Positions 18,909 to 27,853 of a DNA stretch of 64,000 nt are shown piece by piece (positions within the stretch are counted from its first letter, which is position 1; every line of letters begins with the position of its first letter). This DNA comes from a virus (lineage: Duplodnaviria > Caudoviricetes). Position numbers and translations under genes: made by a program. The notes under the pieces were generated by a model, which was given only the letters and a program-made list of their open reading frames with translations, was not told where the DNA came from and ran no database searches. The stretch covers positions 1,283-65,282 of IMG/VR virus record IMGVR_UViG_3300035696_002894. The stretch is one strand, 5' to 3'.

Positions 18909-19103
18909 GGTTTCGGCTTCTCCGGATAGATGGTCGCGCAGGGCGCCCACTCTGTCGACATCTGCACCGTGACCGCGTAGTCACCGACCGCATCGCTGTT
19001 CGGTCGAACACCGAGATGCCAGCAGCGCGCGTCGACGACTCTGCCTGTCTTCGCCCAGGTCGCGCACGATGCCTCGACGAAGACGAAAACCAGCGCTGCG
19101 CTT

Positions 19104-19670
19104 CTACACGCGCAAGATGCGACCAAGCCAACTCCAGAAGCGAGCAAGCACGATCGTCAGGCCGGTCCCAACCACGATGCTGACGACCGTTCCCTGCACC
19201 CAGCGCCAGCGCTTCGCCTCTAGCCCTGTCTCTCGGTTCTTGAGCGCAGCATCGACTGCGACTTTCACGCGTGCGTCGGTACGCGCATCGAGCTGCTCCG
19301 GCGTTGCCTTGTAGTGCGTACCCCCAAGCGTGAGCTCAAGATCGCTGTAGCTGTCCTGCCGCGACCTCGGCGGCAACGTCCTCGCAGAGCGCAGCACCGG
19401 CCAGGCTTCACGCATGTCGGTCAAGAGTCCGTCGACTTGCTCGTTCAGCTTTCCAATCGACTGAGTGTGCAGCGTGATCGCCTCGGTATGCGCGCAGCTC
19501 GCAGCGGAAAGCGTCGAGACTTCTCTGGTCAGCGCACCAATCGCAGCAAGGATCTCGCTCTCGGCATCGGTGAGGACTTCACGTCTCGCGTCCACGCGAC
19601 CTCCGTTTCCGATCTCCTCAGAGGCGTGAGAGAGCGGCGGAGGCCGCAAGGTGTCATCGTTGTCACGCAT
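19104..19670 (-). CDS. coiled-coil protein with C-terminal transmembrane segment (lysis-associated?)
   Basis: Heptad region, then VVSIVVGTGLTIVLARFWSWL. Confidence 0.45.
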   Translation of the reverse strand: MRDNDDTLRPPPLSHASEEIGNGGRVDARREVLTDAESEILAAIGALTREVSTLSAASCAHTEAITLHTQSIGKLNEQVDGLLTDMREAWPVLRSARTLPPRSRQDSYSDLELTLGGTHYKATPEQLDARTDARVKVAVDAALKNRETGLEAKRWRWVQGTVVSIVVGTGLTIVLARFWSWLGRILRV

Positions 19671-19824
19671 GGCTCGTGATCCTCGTTCTCTCCATCCAGC
19701 GCGATACATCCCACTGCACAAGCGCACCCACGAGACAGCCCACCGCGAATCCCCAGTCGAGTGCGAGCTGCCCGTGCCAGCACACCAGGCAGAGCGCGAG
19801 CACGAGCAGAACCGAGCGGCGCAT
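19663..19824 (-). CDS. small membrane protein (holin candidate)
   Basis: 53 aa with two hydrophobic segments, near the lysozyme gene. Confidence 0.35.
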   Translation of the reverse strand: MRRSVLLVLALCLVCWHGQLALDWGFAVGCLVGALVQWDVSRWMERTRITSHA

Positions 19825-20843
19825 CAGTAGCTCACCCCGTACTTCTTCTGGAAGTAGCTGTAGAACGCAGACTGCGTCTCGAAAGACGAGTACGCAACTA
19901 CCTCGCCAATCTTGTAATTGCTCGCGCTGCCGGAGTTGAGCGGTCCTACACACGGATGATTGTTGAGTCCCGGAGAATTTGGCGCACTTGTGGAAACACA
20001 TCCAGCATTATCAGTGCAGGAATAAAGGCTAGAACCGTCCCACGCGGCTAGGGCATAGTGCATTGTGCTAGCACCAGAGACGGAGTTATTTACACTGTAC
20101 TGGCTATACGAATACCCACCACACTGGGTTAGCAACCCGGAGCACCCCGCACCCTCGTACCAGTAGCATCCAGATCCGTAGTTACTCTCATTACAGCAGT
20201 TCCCATCAAAGCAGCTTGGGTAGCAGGTTACAGCGTGGATCAGACTGCAATTGGACACACTGCACGTCGTGGTGCACTGGTAATCGTTCCCACTACAGTT
20301 ACCAGGCTGCGAGCACGCCGACACGAAATAGGCGTATTCCTGATAGGCGTTTACGTACACGGTCGATCCAGACAGGCTCGCCTTAAGCCCCCTGTCTTGC
20401 ACTGAGGAGTCCGCGAAGATCGTGTTCGCCGTTGTGTCGGGATTCTGAAACGCGGCTGCTATTGTCCACGCGCCAGTACCTAGAAACGTGTTCATATTGA
20501 TCGACGAGTCGCATAGCCCCTCGTTCGCACTGTTCGTGTTCGCCCACTGAAGCGCTGTCACTGAGCCAATCGTGGACACAGTGATTTCACTCGACTCAGA
20601 CGTACCTCCTGAGAACACGTAGCTACCTATCCGATCTGTCCAGGTGAGCGATCCCGTTCCGATTCCGCTCACCCCCTTGTCCGCTCGCAACCAGAGCGTG
20701 GGCGAGCCGGGGGGCGTCAGATTCGCCCACGCGCTACCGCCCGTGGTGAGCAGAGGACCGATCCCGGCGACGGCACCCGCCTCTTGCTCGGCCGCGGGAC
20801 AGAGTGCCGCGAGGCACGCCAACGCGAAGACAACCTGCCTCAT
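19824..20843 (-). CDS. secreted or virion LamG/concanavalin A-like protein with Cys-rich insert
   Basis: Signal-like N-terminus; LWLRADKGV; KIGEVVAY; 12-Cys segment. Confidence 0.5.
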   Translation of the reverse strand: MRQVVFALACLAALCPAAEQEAGAVAGIGPLLTTGGSAWANLTPPGSPTLWLRADKGVSGIGTGSLTWTDRIGSYVFSGGTSESSEITVSTIGSVTALQWANTNSANEGLCDSSINMNTFLGTGAWTIAAAFQNPDTTANTIFADSSVQDRGLKASLSGSTVYVNAYQEYAYFVSACSQPGNCSGNDYQCTTTCSVSNCSLIHAVTCYPSCFDGNCCNESNYGSGCYWYEGAGCSGLLTQCGGYSYSQYSVNNSVSGASTMHYALAAWDGSSLYSCTDNAGCVSTSAPNSPGLNNHPCVGPLNSGSASNYKIGEVVAYSSFETQSAFYSYFQKKYGVSY

Positions 20844-22414
20844 CGCGCACTCGCGTACTGGAATACTGCCGACCAATCGATGTTCGTGCTCGCAACTCCA
20901 GTCACGGTCACGACCGCGTTGCACGAGGACATTGCGAGAGACGCGGACCACGCTGTGCCCGCATCCGTCGACCCCCACGTGGTCGACGCGGCACACGCCG
21001 TATAGGTAATGCACGTGCCGTGGTTGTTGAGTACACCACAGCTCCACGTCGCACTTCCGCCGCTCACTCCGGCATCCCCCGCACGCCGCGCCGAGATAAT
21101 CGCACTCACGGTACCGCTCGTGTTGCTCGGGATGACCAGCGACATGCTCGTGTTCGGAGTCGCATTCGTCGTGTAGACCGCCTGTTCGGACGTTGTGGTC
21201 CCATTACCCGCACTCGGTGTGTTGACCACCGTTGCTGCGTTGACCGTAAACGTCGAAGTGCCGAAATCGTAGGTCGTGCTCGTCGCGCTCGGCGGCTTGA
21301 TCGCGAAGTCACCAGACGAGCTGTCCGCGTAGATCACACTCCCTGTCGACGAGGCGCTCGGATTCGCTTGCGCCTTGCCGATCCCAAGCACTCCGTTTCC
21401 TCCGCCAAAGTCCTGCGCGCCTATCTCGTAACCGAACTGCCATCCCTGATACGTGCCGATCAGGTTCACGTCCTGATCGCCGTACCCAATCTCAATCGTA
21501 CCCACCGTCTCCGGAGCGCTCAGGAACGTCGTCGACGAGCTGCCGAGGAGCACCGCCGTACTGAGCGACACGCCAACGCCCACGCCGAAGAACAGACCGG
21601 CATACGAGGGGTTGTACTGCCCGATCGCGGCCATGAACGTGCCGCCGCTGTTGATCTCGAAGACCGGATAGTTTCCGCTTGCACCCGGTGCTGGGAAGTT
21701 GATGTCGAAGTTTCCAGGGGTCTCCGTCGCGACCGTGCTTGAACCAGCATTCGGACCTTCGGTCACGAATACCATGCTGTTAGGCACGTACCCGCTCGCG
21801 GCCGTTAGCTGCGACATGCCCGGTGCCGTCGACGTCGATGGCCATATGAGCGTACCGCTTGTGCCCGGTTGCACGGACATCGGCGCGTTCGACCAGATCC
21901 CACCGTCTGCGTAGTACTCGAACAGGCTCCCCGCACTCTCAGCTGGAAGACCCACGGCGCCGCCGTCGATGCAGATTCCTCTAGCCCCGTAGAGCGACGG
22001 CGTGACGCTGCCTGCAATCCTGCTAGCAGGCAGCTGGCCCGACGTACCAGCATCGATTGGGATCGTCCCCACGAGCCTGGAAGTCGGTAGCCCTCCCGCG
22101 GTCCCTGCATCGATTGGGATCGTCCCGCTGAGATCTGACGTCGGAATGCCAGGACCTACGGCGATCGTGGAGCCATCCACCAGGATGCCAGTACCACCGT
22201 AGTACTGAGCGCCGCCGCCTTCGCCCCACGCACTCGCATCGTTGATCGTACGCAGCGCTTGCCCGTTCAGTCCCGGCGCGATTGTCTTCGGGTCGATGCG
22301 TACCGGCGTCGGACCTGCACCGAGCTTCGCGCTCGACGAGTCGCTCGACGACTCGCACCCGACGATCACGAAGAGCAGCACTGCAAGCCATGCGTAGACG
22401 AACAATCGATTCAT
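20840..22414 (-). CDS. tail-fibre-like protein with lipoprotein-type signal peptide
   Basis: MNRLFVYAWLAVLLFVIVGC; 19-aa repeats L.GTIPIDAGT.G.LP.SR; Gly/Ser/Thr-rich. Confidence 0.5.
   Translation of the reverse strand: MNRLFVYAWLAVLLFVIVGCESSSDSSSAKLGAGPTPVRIDPKTIAPGLNGQALRTINDASAWGEGGGAQYYGGTGILVDGSTIAVGPGIPTSDLSGTIPIDAGTAGGLPTSRLVGTIPIDAGTSGQLPASRIAGSVTPSLYGARGICIDGGAVGLPAESAGSLFEYYADGGIWSNAPMSVQPGTSGTLIWPSTSTAPGMSQLTAASGYVPNSMVFVTEGPNAGSSTVATETPGNFDINFPAPGASGNYPVFEINSGGTFMAAIGQYNPSYAGLFFGVGVGVSLSTAVLLGSSSTTFLSAPETVGTIEIGYGDQDVNLIGTYQGWQFGYEIGAQDFGGGNGVLGIGKAQANPSASSTGSVIYADSSSGDFAIKPPSATSTTYDFGTSTFTVNAATVVNTPSAGNGTTTSEQAVYTTNATPNTSMSLVIPSNTSGTVSAIISARRAGDAGVSGGSATWSCGVLNNHGTCITYTACAASTTWGSTDAGTAWSASLAMSSCNAVVTVTGVASTNIDWSAVFQYASAR
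22050..22126. repeat. 57-bp-period coding repeat (GCATCGATTGGGATCGTCCC x2)
   Basis: Identical 20-mers at 22050 and 22107. Confidence 0.85.
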
Positions 22415-23172
22415 CGGACACCCGTAGTCCACCACTTGCCGGAAGAGTCAGATTCGACCTTCACGGCGCCGTTGTTCCGGTCCATCAAGACCCCCGCTGC
22501 GTTGCCATCGACTACAGCACCCCCCTGTCCAACGATCGTCACCGGATAAGTAGCCTCGTTGCCCGCGACGCCGCGCACCTCGATCGTCCGTGTGATAAGC
22601 CCACCCGGCGCGACCGGAAGCTCGATCGTCCCTGCCGCACTGAAGTTCGTCAAAATCAGGTAATCCTTCACGCTCGAGCGCGAATCGCATGTGTATGAGC
22701 TCGTAACGAGCCAGACCTGTCCGCCCAGGCTGCCAGCGATGAGCAACTCGAGCGCCTGTAACCACGCCTCCATGTACGGGTCCCAGCCGAGCTGCTGACC
22801 GGCGAAGTTCAGACTGTTCGCGTCACCTGTGAAGCTCGGAATGAGATGTCCCGACGCCGTTTTGATGCCGAACGCGCGTACGTCGCTCGCGGTGTTTCCA
22901 CTCGCATCTAAGACCGTGATCTCGATGATGAAGCATCCAGAGACATCGGGCGTAAACGCCCACGTCGGGGTCGCCCCGCTCTGCGCAACCCCGAGCGGAA
23001 TAGAGCTCCCGCTCGGCACCGCAACGACCGTGAACGTCCATGTCACGACGGAGCCGGGCGAAGCCGCAGCGTTCGAAACCGTGACCGACGTCCCGGCTAT
23101 TCCGAAAAGCGCCTGCCCCGCGACCCCGATCGTTGCTCCCTGTACGAACTTGAGCGCGGCTGCAACGGTCAT
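22411..23172 (-). CDS. virion protein with PKD/Ig-like N-terminal domain
   Basis: TWTFTVVAVPSGS...WAFTPDVSGCFIIEITVLDASG. Confidence 0.55.
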   Translation of the reverse strand: MTVAAALKFVQGATIGVAGQALFGIAGTSVTVSNAAASPGSVVTWTFTVVAVPSGSSIPLGVAQSGATPTWAFTPDVSGCFIIEITVLDASGNTASDVRAFGIKTASGHLIPSFTGDANSLNFAGQQLGWDPYMEAWLQALELLIAGSLGGQVWLVTSSYTCDSRSSVKDYLILTNFSAAGTIELPVAPGGLITRTIEVRGVAGNEATYPVTIVGQGGAVVDGNAAGVLMDRNNGAVKVESDSSGKWWTTGVR

Positions 23173-23210
23173 ACGGCGAGAGGCTACAGCACCTCGCCGC
23201 CTAGCTCACG

Positions 23211-23711
23211 CTAGGGCGTGTTCAGGACCGCGCTCATGCTGAACGAGTACTGACCTGCCGTCGGCGACTGCGCCGCGGTGACGACAAGCATGTAGTCCGC
23301 TCCCCCCTGGGCGACGCTCCCATTCGCACTATTCGTGCTCGGCGGCAGATCGCAGAGCGAAACAGCATCGAAGAAGACGACCTCGTTCAAGGTCAGAGTT
23401 ACGGCAGCGCTGTTGACGAGATACCAGTGCTGCGAACTCGCGTCCCAGACGTACAGGTTTCCCGTCGGCGCCGCTGCGCCTGTCGGCCCGCACATAGCGA
23501 CCGCAATACGCTGGACGACCCCCTCGCTCGCGCCGACGATCCTGCACGACAAAACGTTGTCGACGTTCGCCCCCGCTTTCGCACCTGGACCCTGCGGAGG
23601 AGTACCCGGTGTTCCGTACACGGTCGTCGGTGCGCTATCCGCCCCCATCGCGACCGTCGCATTCGAGTCCGGCGTGGTCACATAGCGGTAGAAAACTTTC
23701 TGGAACTGCAT
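23211..23711 (-). CDS. hypothetical structural protein
   Basis: 166 aa, beta-rich, leaderless-type start. Confidence 0.5.
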   Translation of the reverse strand: MQFQKVFYRYVTTPDSNATVAMGADSAPTTVYGTPGTPPQGPGAKAGANVDNVLSCRIVGASEGVVQRIAVAMCGPTGAAAPTGNLYVWDASSQHWYLVNSAAVTLTLNEVVFFDAVSLCDLPPSTNSANGSVAQGGADYMLVVTAAQSPTAGQYSFSMSAVLNTP

Positions 23712-23736
23712 GCCTGCGAAGCTACCCGCTTCACAG

Positions 23737-23756
23737 CCTTGAGGTCGACCTCAAGG
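23737..23756. repeat. 20-bp palindrome, perfect
   Basis: Contains a stop codon; 12 nt from TAGCTT. Confidence 0.97.
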
Positions 23757-24284
23757 AAACTGCGCGAGCGCGAGCCATGCGAGACGGCAATCTCGCGCGT
23801 AGCCATGCAGAGCAAACGCATAGATGCCTGCGCTCATCACCTGGCATGCGACCTGACCGGCAACGACAACGTGCGTCTCCCCTTCGTGCTCCGCACGCCC
23901 GAGGCTGGCGTGATTGCGCGGATCGTCGCCCGCGGGCGCTTGTGCGATCGGTGCCTGGTGCGGGCTACCAACAAGACGGAGCAAACCGGAGCACGGCATT
24001 CCAGCCGGATGTCGAAGCATCGCTGCCCATGAAACGCCCCCATGTCCCGCCTCAAGCCAAAGCGCTCCCTTGCCGACGTACGCAGGCACGACCTCACTCG
24101 TCGGCTCGCCATCGCCGAAGAACTGCATCGACCACGGCGCTAGCGAGATCTTGCATGGCTCTCCCAACACCGGAAGCATCACCACGCCCCGACGCCGCGC
24201 TGCGAAATATCGCTCGTCCGAGATGAGTACCTTTCCCTCGGGAAGCGTTCCGTCTGGATCCCAAACCACCACGAAGCTCTGCAT
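23751..24284 (-). CDS. hypothetical protein
   Basis: Start re-set to MQSFVVVW after a GGAGG RBS; stop inside a palindrome. Confidence 0.45.
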   Translation of the reverse strand: MQSFVVVWDPDGTLPEGKVLISDERYFAARRRGVVMLPVLGEPCKISLAPWSMQFFGDGEPTSEVVPAYVGKGALWLEAGHGGVSWAAMLRHPAGMPCSGLLRLVGSPHQAPIAQAPAGDDPRNHASLGRAEHEGETHVVVAGQVACQVMSAGIYAFALHGYARDCRLAWLALAQFP

Positions 24285-24334
24285 GTTCTCTCTTCCTCCT
24301 GCACGCGACCGTAACAGAGAGGTCGATTGTGGGC

Positions 24335-24652
24335 TCACTTCGCAGCGGCGCAGACACCTCCTCCGCACGCGCGTGCGAGCTCCGGCGTCCGAGCGCGTGA
24401 CAAGCACCGCGCATCGACGTTCGTCAACCGCGCCTCGACCGCCTTCCGAAGCGTCTCCACGCAACGCCCGTCTTTGCCCTCCACGCACCCAAGCGCCCGA
24501 AGGTTCAGGCAGGCTGAGACGTAGATGCCCTGCGCCGCGTCGAGGTTGCCCGTAGATGCGTCTTGGGAACCCCCAAGGGGGGTAATCGCCTTGCTGCAGG
24601 CAGAGGCTGCCAAAAGGCAAAAGAGGAGCGTTTGGATAGGATGCGGGCTCAT
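24335..24652 (-). CDS. Cys-rich lipoprotein
   Basis: TLLFCLLAASAC lipobox-like; ATGA coupling to the peptidase gene. Confidence 0.5.
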   Translation of the reverse strand: MSPHPIQTLLFCLLAASACSKAITPLGGSQDASTGNLDAAQGIYVSACLNLRALGCVEGKDGRCVETLRKAVEARLTNVDARCLSRARTPELARACGGGVCAAAK

Positions 24653-25461
24653 AGGTACAGAGCGTAGCAGTCGACGCATGCCTTTGTGACGTAGTCCTCG
24701 GTCGCCTCCCAATGGCCAGCGCTTCCCCAGGAGGCGCCCCAGCTGTTGGGACCTCGGAAGACGAGCTTGCCCCCTTCCGTCCGAAAGCTCGTTGCGGCCA
24801 GCCAGTGTCCACCCCCATCCGGATCACCGAGGTTCACGCTCGACGGTGGGGGCGCGCCCTGGGTGAAACTCTCGAAGTCAGTATCCACAAACAGCCCGAT
24901 CCCGACCGCACCTGTCGACTGGATCGCTGCTGCCAGCGTCTGCGCGAAACCGGATGCCGTAGGTGCTATCCGCTGCGCAGCACCGAGGATGCTCGCGCAC
25001 GACGTCTCGAGCTCCGCGAGCGTTTCCTCCTCGTTGACGTTCGAGCTGTCGATGTCACTTTGGAACCCAAGTGGGGAAGGAAGCACGAGCGGCCGAATGC
25101 CAAAGGTCGAGATCGCGACGATGACGTCCGCAGGCATGCCCCCGCAGTCCGTCAGCGGAGGAAGAAGCGCTCTTGGGCTCGTTGTAAGCGCGCGGTCGAG
25201 CATGCGCGTGACCCGATAGATGCCCCCCGGAGACGGACGAAACGTGAGCGCTTTGCCAGCAAACGTGTAGGCAACCTCTACCCACTGACTCGTTCCGTGC
25301 CCCGGACACCCCGACGTCAGGTTCTGATCGAGGATGCTTCCCTCGAGCATCTCGGCCGAGAACGCCTCTACCGTCGCGCTCGCCGGCTCGTGAAGAAGGA
25401 ACCGCGCTGCCTTGTGCGCAGCATCCTCGATGTATCCGAGCGCCTTGAGGTTTCGCGTCAT
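24649..25461 (-). CDS. papain-like cysteine peptidase (C1 family)
   Basis: DQNLTSGC (Gln, Cys), GGHWL (His), PNSWGASWG (Asn). Confidence 0.8.
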   Translation of the reverse strand: MTRNLKALGYIEDAAHKAARFLLHEPASATVEAFSAEMLEGSILDQNLTSGCPGHGTSQWVEVAYTFAGKALTFRPSPGGIYRVTRMLDRALTTSPRALLPPLTDCGGMPADVIVAISTFGIRPLVLPSPLGFQSDIDSSNVNEEETLAELETSCASILGAAQRIAPTASGFAQTLAAAIQSTGAVGIGLFVDTDFESFTQGAPPPSSVNLGDPDGGGHWLAATSFRTEGGKLVFRGPNSWGASWGSAGHWEATEDYVTKACVDCYALYL

Positions 25462-25467
25462 GCTCCG

Positions 25468-25509
25468 AAAAGAAACGCCCCCGGAGCCGTGCATGCAACT
25501 CCGGGGGCG
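25468..25509 (-). terminator. intrinsic terminator
   Basis: 11-bp stem CGCCCCCGGAG / CTCCGGGGGCG followed by TTTCTTTT on the minus strand. Confidence 0.7.
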
Positions 25510-25576
25510 CGTGCCCCAGCACAAGAACCATCACGGTCCAAGACGACCGTATGCTCAGGCAGCGTGCGTGTCGAGA

Positions 25577-25596
25577 CCTTGAGGTCGACCTCAAGG
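25577..25596. repeat. 20-bp palindrome, perfect
   Basis: 1 nt after a stop codon. Confidence 0.97.
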
Positions 25597-25597
25597 T

Positions 25598-25987
25598 TCA
25601 GTCGGGTACTCCGGTCGGCGCAGTTCCAGCAACCGTTGCCGGCTGTCCGCTCGGTCCCCCGTGCGTGTTCGGCGGGTAGTTTACGAGGTTCATGTCGAGG
25701 TCTACCGAATCCATCATGGTCCACGCATGGTCGAGCACGCTCTGGACGTATGCACTCGCAACCGCCGTGTCGACGACCAAAACATCACCCGTGAGCCTTC
25801 GCGTCCGATAGATGGCGCTCCAACCGATGGCGGTCCTGTTCGCCGAACCATGCGGTGCCAGGTACTGGAGCGGATGCGTCTTCTGAAGCGGCGCGGCACC
25901 ACTGACGAGGTTCGTCCCCGACGTCTGAGTCAACGTGAACTGCCCACCGTCCGCGCGCGCCTGGAGAGCTGCGAGCGTGACCGTCAT
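25598..25987 (-). CDS. hypothetical protein
   Basis: ATGA coupling to the phosphatase gene. Confidence 0.5.
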   Translation of the reverse strand: MTVTLAALQARADGGQFTLTQTSGTNLVSGAAPLQKTHPLQYLAPHGSANRTAIGWSAIYRTRRLTGDVLVVDTAVASAYVQSVLDHAWTMMDSVDLDMNLVNYPPNTHGGPSGQPATVAGTAPTGVPD

Positions 25988-26547
25988 CGAACGCTGAACC
26001 CGTGCGTCGAAACATCCAGACCGGGCAACCTGATCGCGGCGAGCTCCTCCGGGTAGAACTTGTCGATCTCCTGCTTCATCCCCGCGTTCGAGAATGCCTT
26101 CGGACCGCGAATCTTCTGGATATGCTCGCGTGCTTCCTTCCCCGTCCTCTGCTCACCGATCAGAACGAGCACCATCGCCGCGATCCAGCAGCTTCGGTCG
26201 AGCCCTGCCTCGCACGTGATCAGCACATTGGCTTTGGTGATCTCAACGCGCGCGACACCATCAAACATCTTGTCTTTCCCAAGCTTCACCCAGATCGCCC
26301 AAGGAACCTTCTCTGGAGCGATCGTCCAAGCGACGAGCGCGGCGCACTCCTGTGCGCGCTTCACCTCGGCCGTCGTCGGCACACCATCGTCCGAAAGCGG
26401 ACATCGGTAGACCTTCGTCGGAAACCGATCCACATCGTGTTGTCGCTCCTTCGCAGCGAGCACAACGAGGTTGAAGTTCGCAGTCGCGTCAGGGGAAACA
26501 TCCGCGCCGACCGAGAGATGAGCACCTACGCTCGTAATGTCCGCCAT
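25984..26547 (-). CDS. dual-specificity / PTP-family phosphatase
   Basis: CX5R loop TCEAGLDRS. Confidence 0.7.
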   Translation of the reverse strand: MADITSVGAHLSVGADVSPDATANFNLVVLAAKERQHDVDRFPTKVYRCPLSDDGVPTTAEVKRAQECAALVAWTIAPEKVPWAIWVKLGKDKMFDGVARVEITKANVLITCEAGLDRSCWIAAMVLVLIGEQRTGKEAREHIQKIRGPKAFSNAGMKQEIDKFYPEELAAIRLPGLDVSTHGFSVR

Positions 26548-26570
26548 GCTCCGGAGGCTACCACCCGCAA

Positions 26571-26590
26571 CCTTGAGGTCGACCTCGAGG
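26571..26590. repeat. palindrome variant (one mismatch)
   Basis: CCTTGAGGTCGACCTCGAGG. Confidence 0.95.
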
Positions 26591-26593
26591 TTC

Positions 26594-27004
26594 TCAGAAC
26601 CAATGTACTGCTACGTTCCCGACAGTTCCCGAACTACCAGTGCGTCCGGTCCCATAGCCCACACCTCCCGCACCCCCGTTCGCAGTGACCGTACCGCTCC
26701 CCTGCCGGAATCGCGATAACTGGAACACGTTTCCCCCGCCTCCGCCGCCTCCACCCCCAGCATTACCCCCCGTTCCGATCGCAGCTGCACCTGCGCCCCC
26801 ATTCGCATGGATCGCTCCGTTGTTGATCAGGTTGAGCACGTGGAAGATGAGCAGCCCACCGCCTGCACCTCCACCTCCTCCAACCGCCAAAGCGTTGTCG
26901 CTTCCCCCTCCGCCCCCACCGGCACCACCGCCCACCGCATACAACGTCGGCTGATGGCTCGAGCTCGATAGCCCGTCGAGATACCCAGTCAGCTTCGGCG
27001 TCAA
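26594..27004 (-). CDS. Gly-rich fibre-type domain; frame stays open upstream to 27175 without ATG/GTG/TTG
   Basis: GGGGAGGG motifs, GAIHANGGAG, TVTANGGAGG. Confidence 0.55.
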   Translation of the reverse strand: MTPKLTGYLDGLSSSSHQPTLYAVGGGAGGGGGGSDNALAVGGGGGAGGGLLIFHVLNLINNGAIHANGGAGAAAIGTGGNAGGGGGGGGGNVFQLSRFRQGSGTVTANGGAGGVGYGTGRTGSSGTVGNVAVHWF

Positions 27005-27164
27005 GAAGTGCGACCCCCCTGCATTCGCACCCTGCGACGAATAGGTCCCACCTGCTCCCCCGGCAACACCCCCACCGTCTGCGCCCGTAGCGCCGCCTGC
27101 ACCGCCTACGGCGTTGTAATCGCTCAGCCCCTGCGACTGCGCACCTCCAGCACTGACGTGCGCA

Positions 27165-27809
27165 TCAGAACACCCTCACTTGGACATCGACCGTCCAGAG
27201 TACGACCGCACCTGTTCCGAGAAGCGTTCCGTTCGCGCACGCAATGGTTGGGCTCGTGCCTGACCCTCCTGGCGTAACCGAACTGCCCGCCATCGACGCA
27301 TCGCTATCGATCTCCGGTACCACTTGCAGATTCGTTACGAGCGCGACGCTACCGGAGACATTCTTCACGGTCACCCGCGCACCAAAGCTGTAGACGTCGC
27401 CGAGCGATTCGGAACCACCGCTCCCGACCGTGGTTACCTGCGCAAGCGCCGAAATCGTCAACACCGCGCTGTGACCGATCGGAACTGTCTGTGGAAGCAC
27501 CAGCGTCGTACTCGAAGACGCCCCCGTCAGCATGGTTGAGAGCGTCGATGGCGCCGAGCTCTGCGACAGAAGCGATGCGAGCATCGCGAGCGTCTGCGCC
27601 GTCGAGTCCTGACCTTTCGCCTGAATCTTCCGAGCGAGCGCTGCTGCGGCGAGAACCACGCTCGACTCGGTCACAAGCTGACCTCCCGCCTCCACGACGA
27701 GTGCCTGCGTGATCGAGTCGGTCACGATCTCGCCGGGCAACAACTTGTGCTGCCCCCCGTAGAGGCTCAGCGTAACCGGGTTCAAGAGCACGAGTGCCGT
27801 CGTCGTCAT
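27165..27809 (-). CDS. virion structural protein
   Basis: N-terminal similarity to 14179-14919; leaderless-type start. Confidence 0.5.
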   Translation of the reverse strand: MTTTALVLLNPVTLSLYGGQHKLLPGEIVTDSITQALVVEAGGQLVTESSVVLAAAALARKIQAKGQDSTAQTLAMLASLLSQSSAPSTLSTMLTGASSSTTLVLPQTVPIGHSAVLTISALAQVTTVGSGGSESLGDVYSFGARVTVKNVSGSVALVTNLQVVPEIDSDASMAGSSVTPGGSGTSPTIACANGTLLGTGAVVLWTVDVQVRVF

Positions 27810-27834
27810 GCTCGGCAGACTACGGCCCTGTAAA

Positions 27835-27853
27835 CCTTGAGGTCGACCTCAGG
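27835..27853. repeat. palindrome variant (1-nt deletion)
   Basis: CCTTGAGGTCGACCTCAGG; contains a stop codon. Confidence 0.93.
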
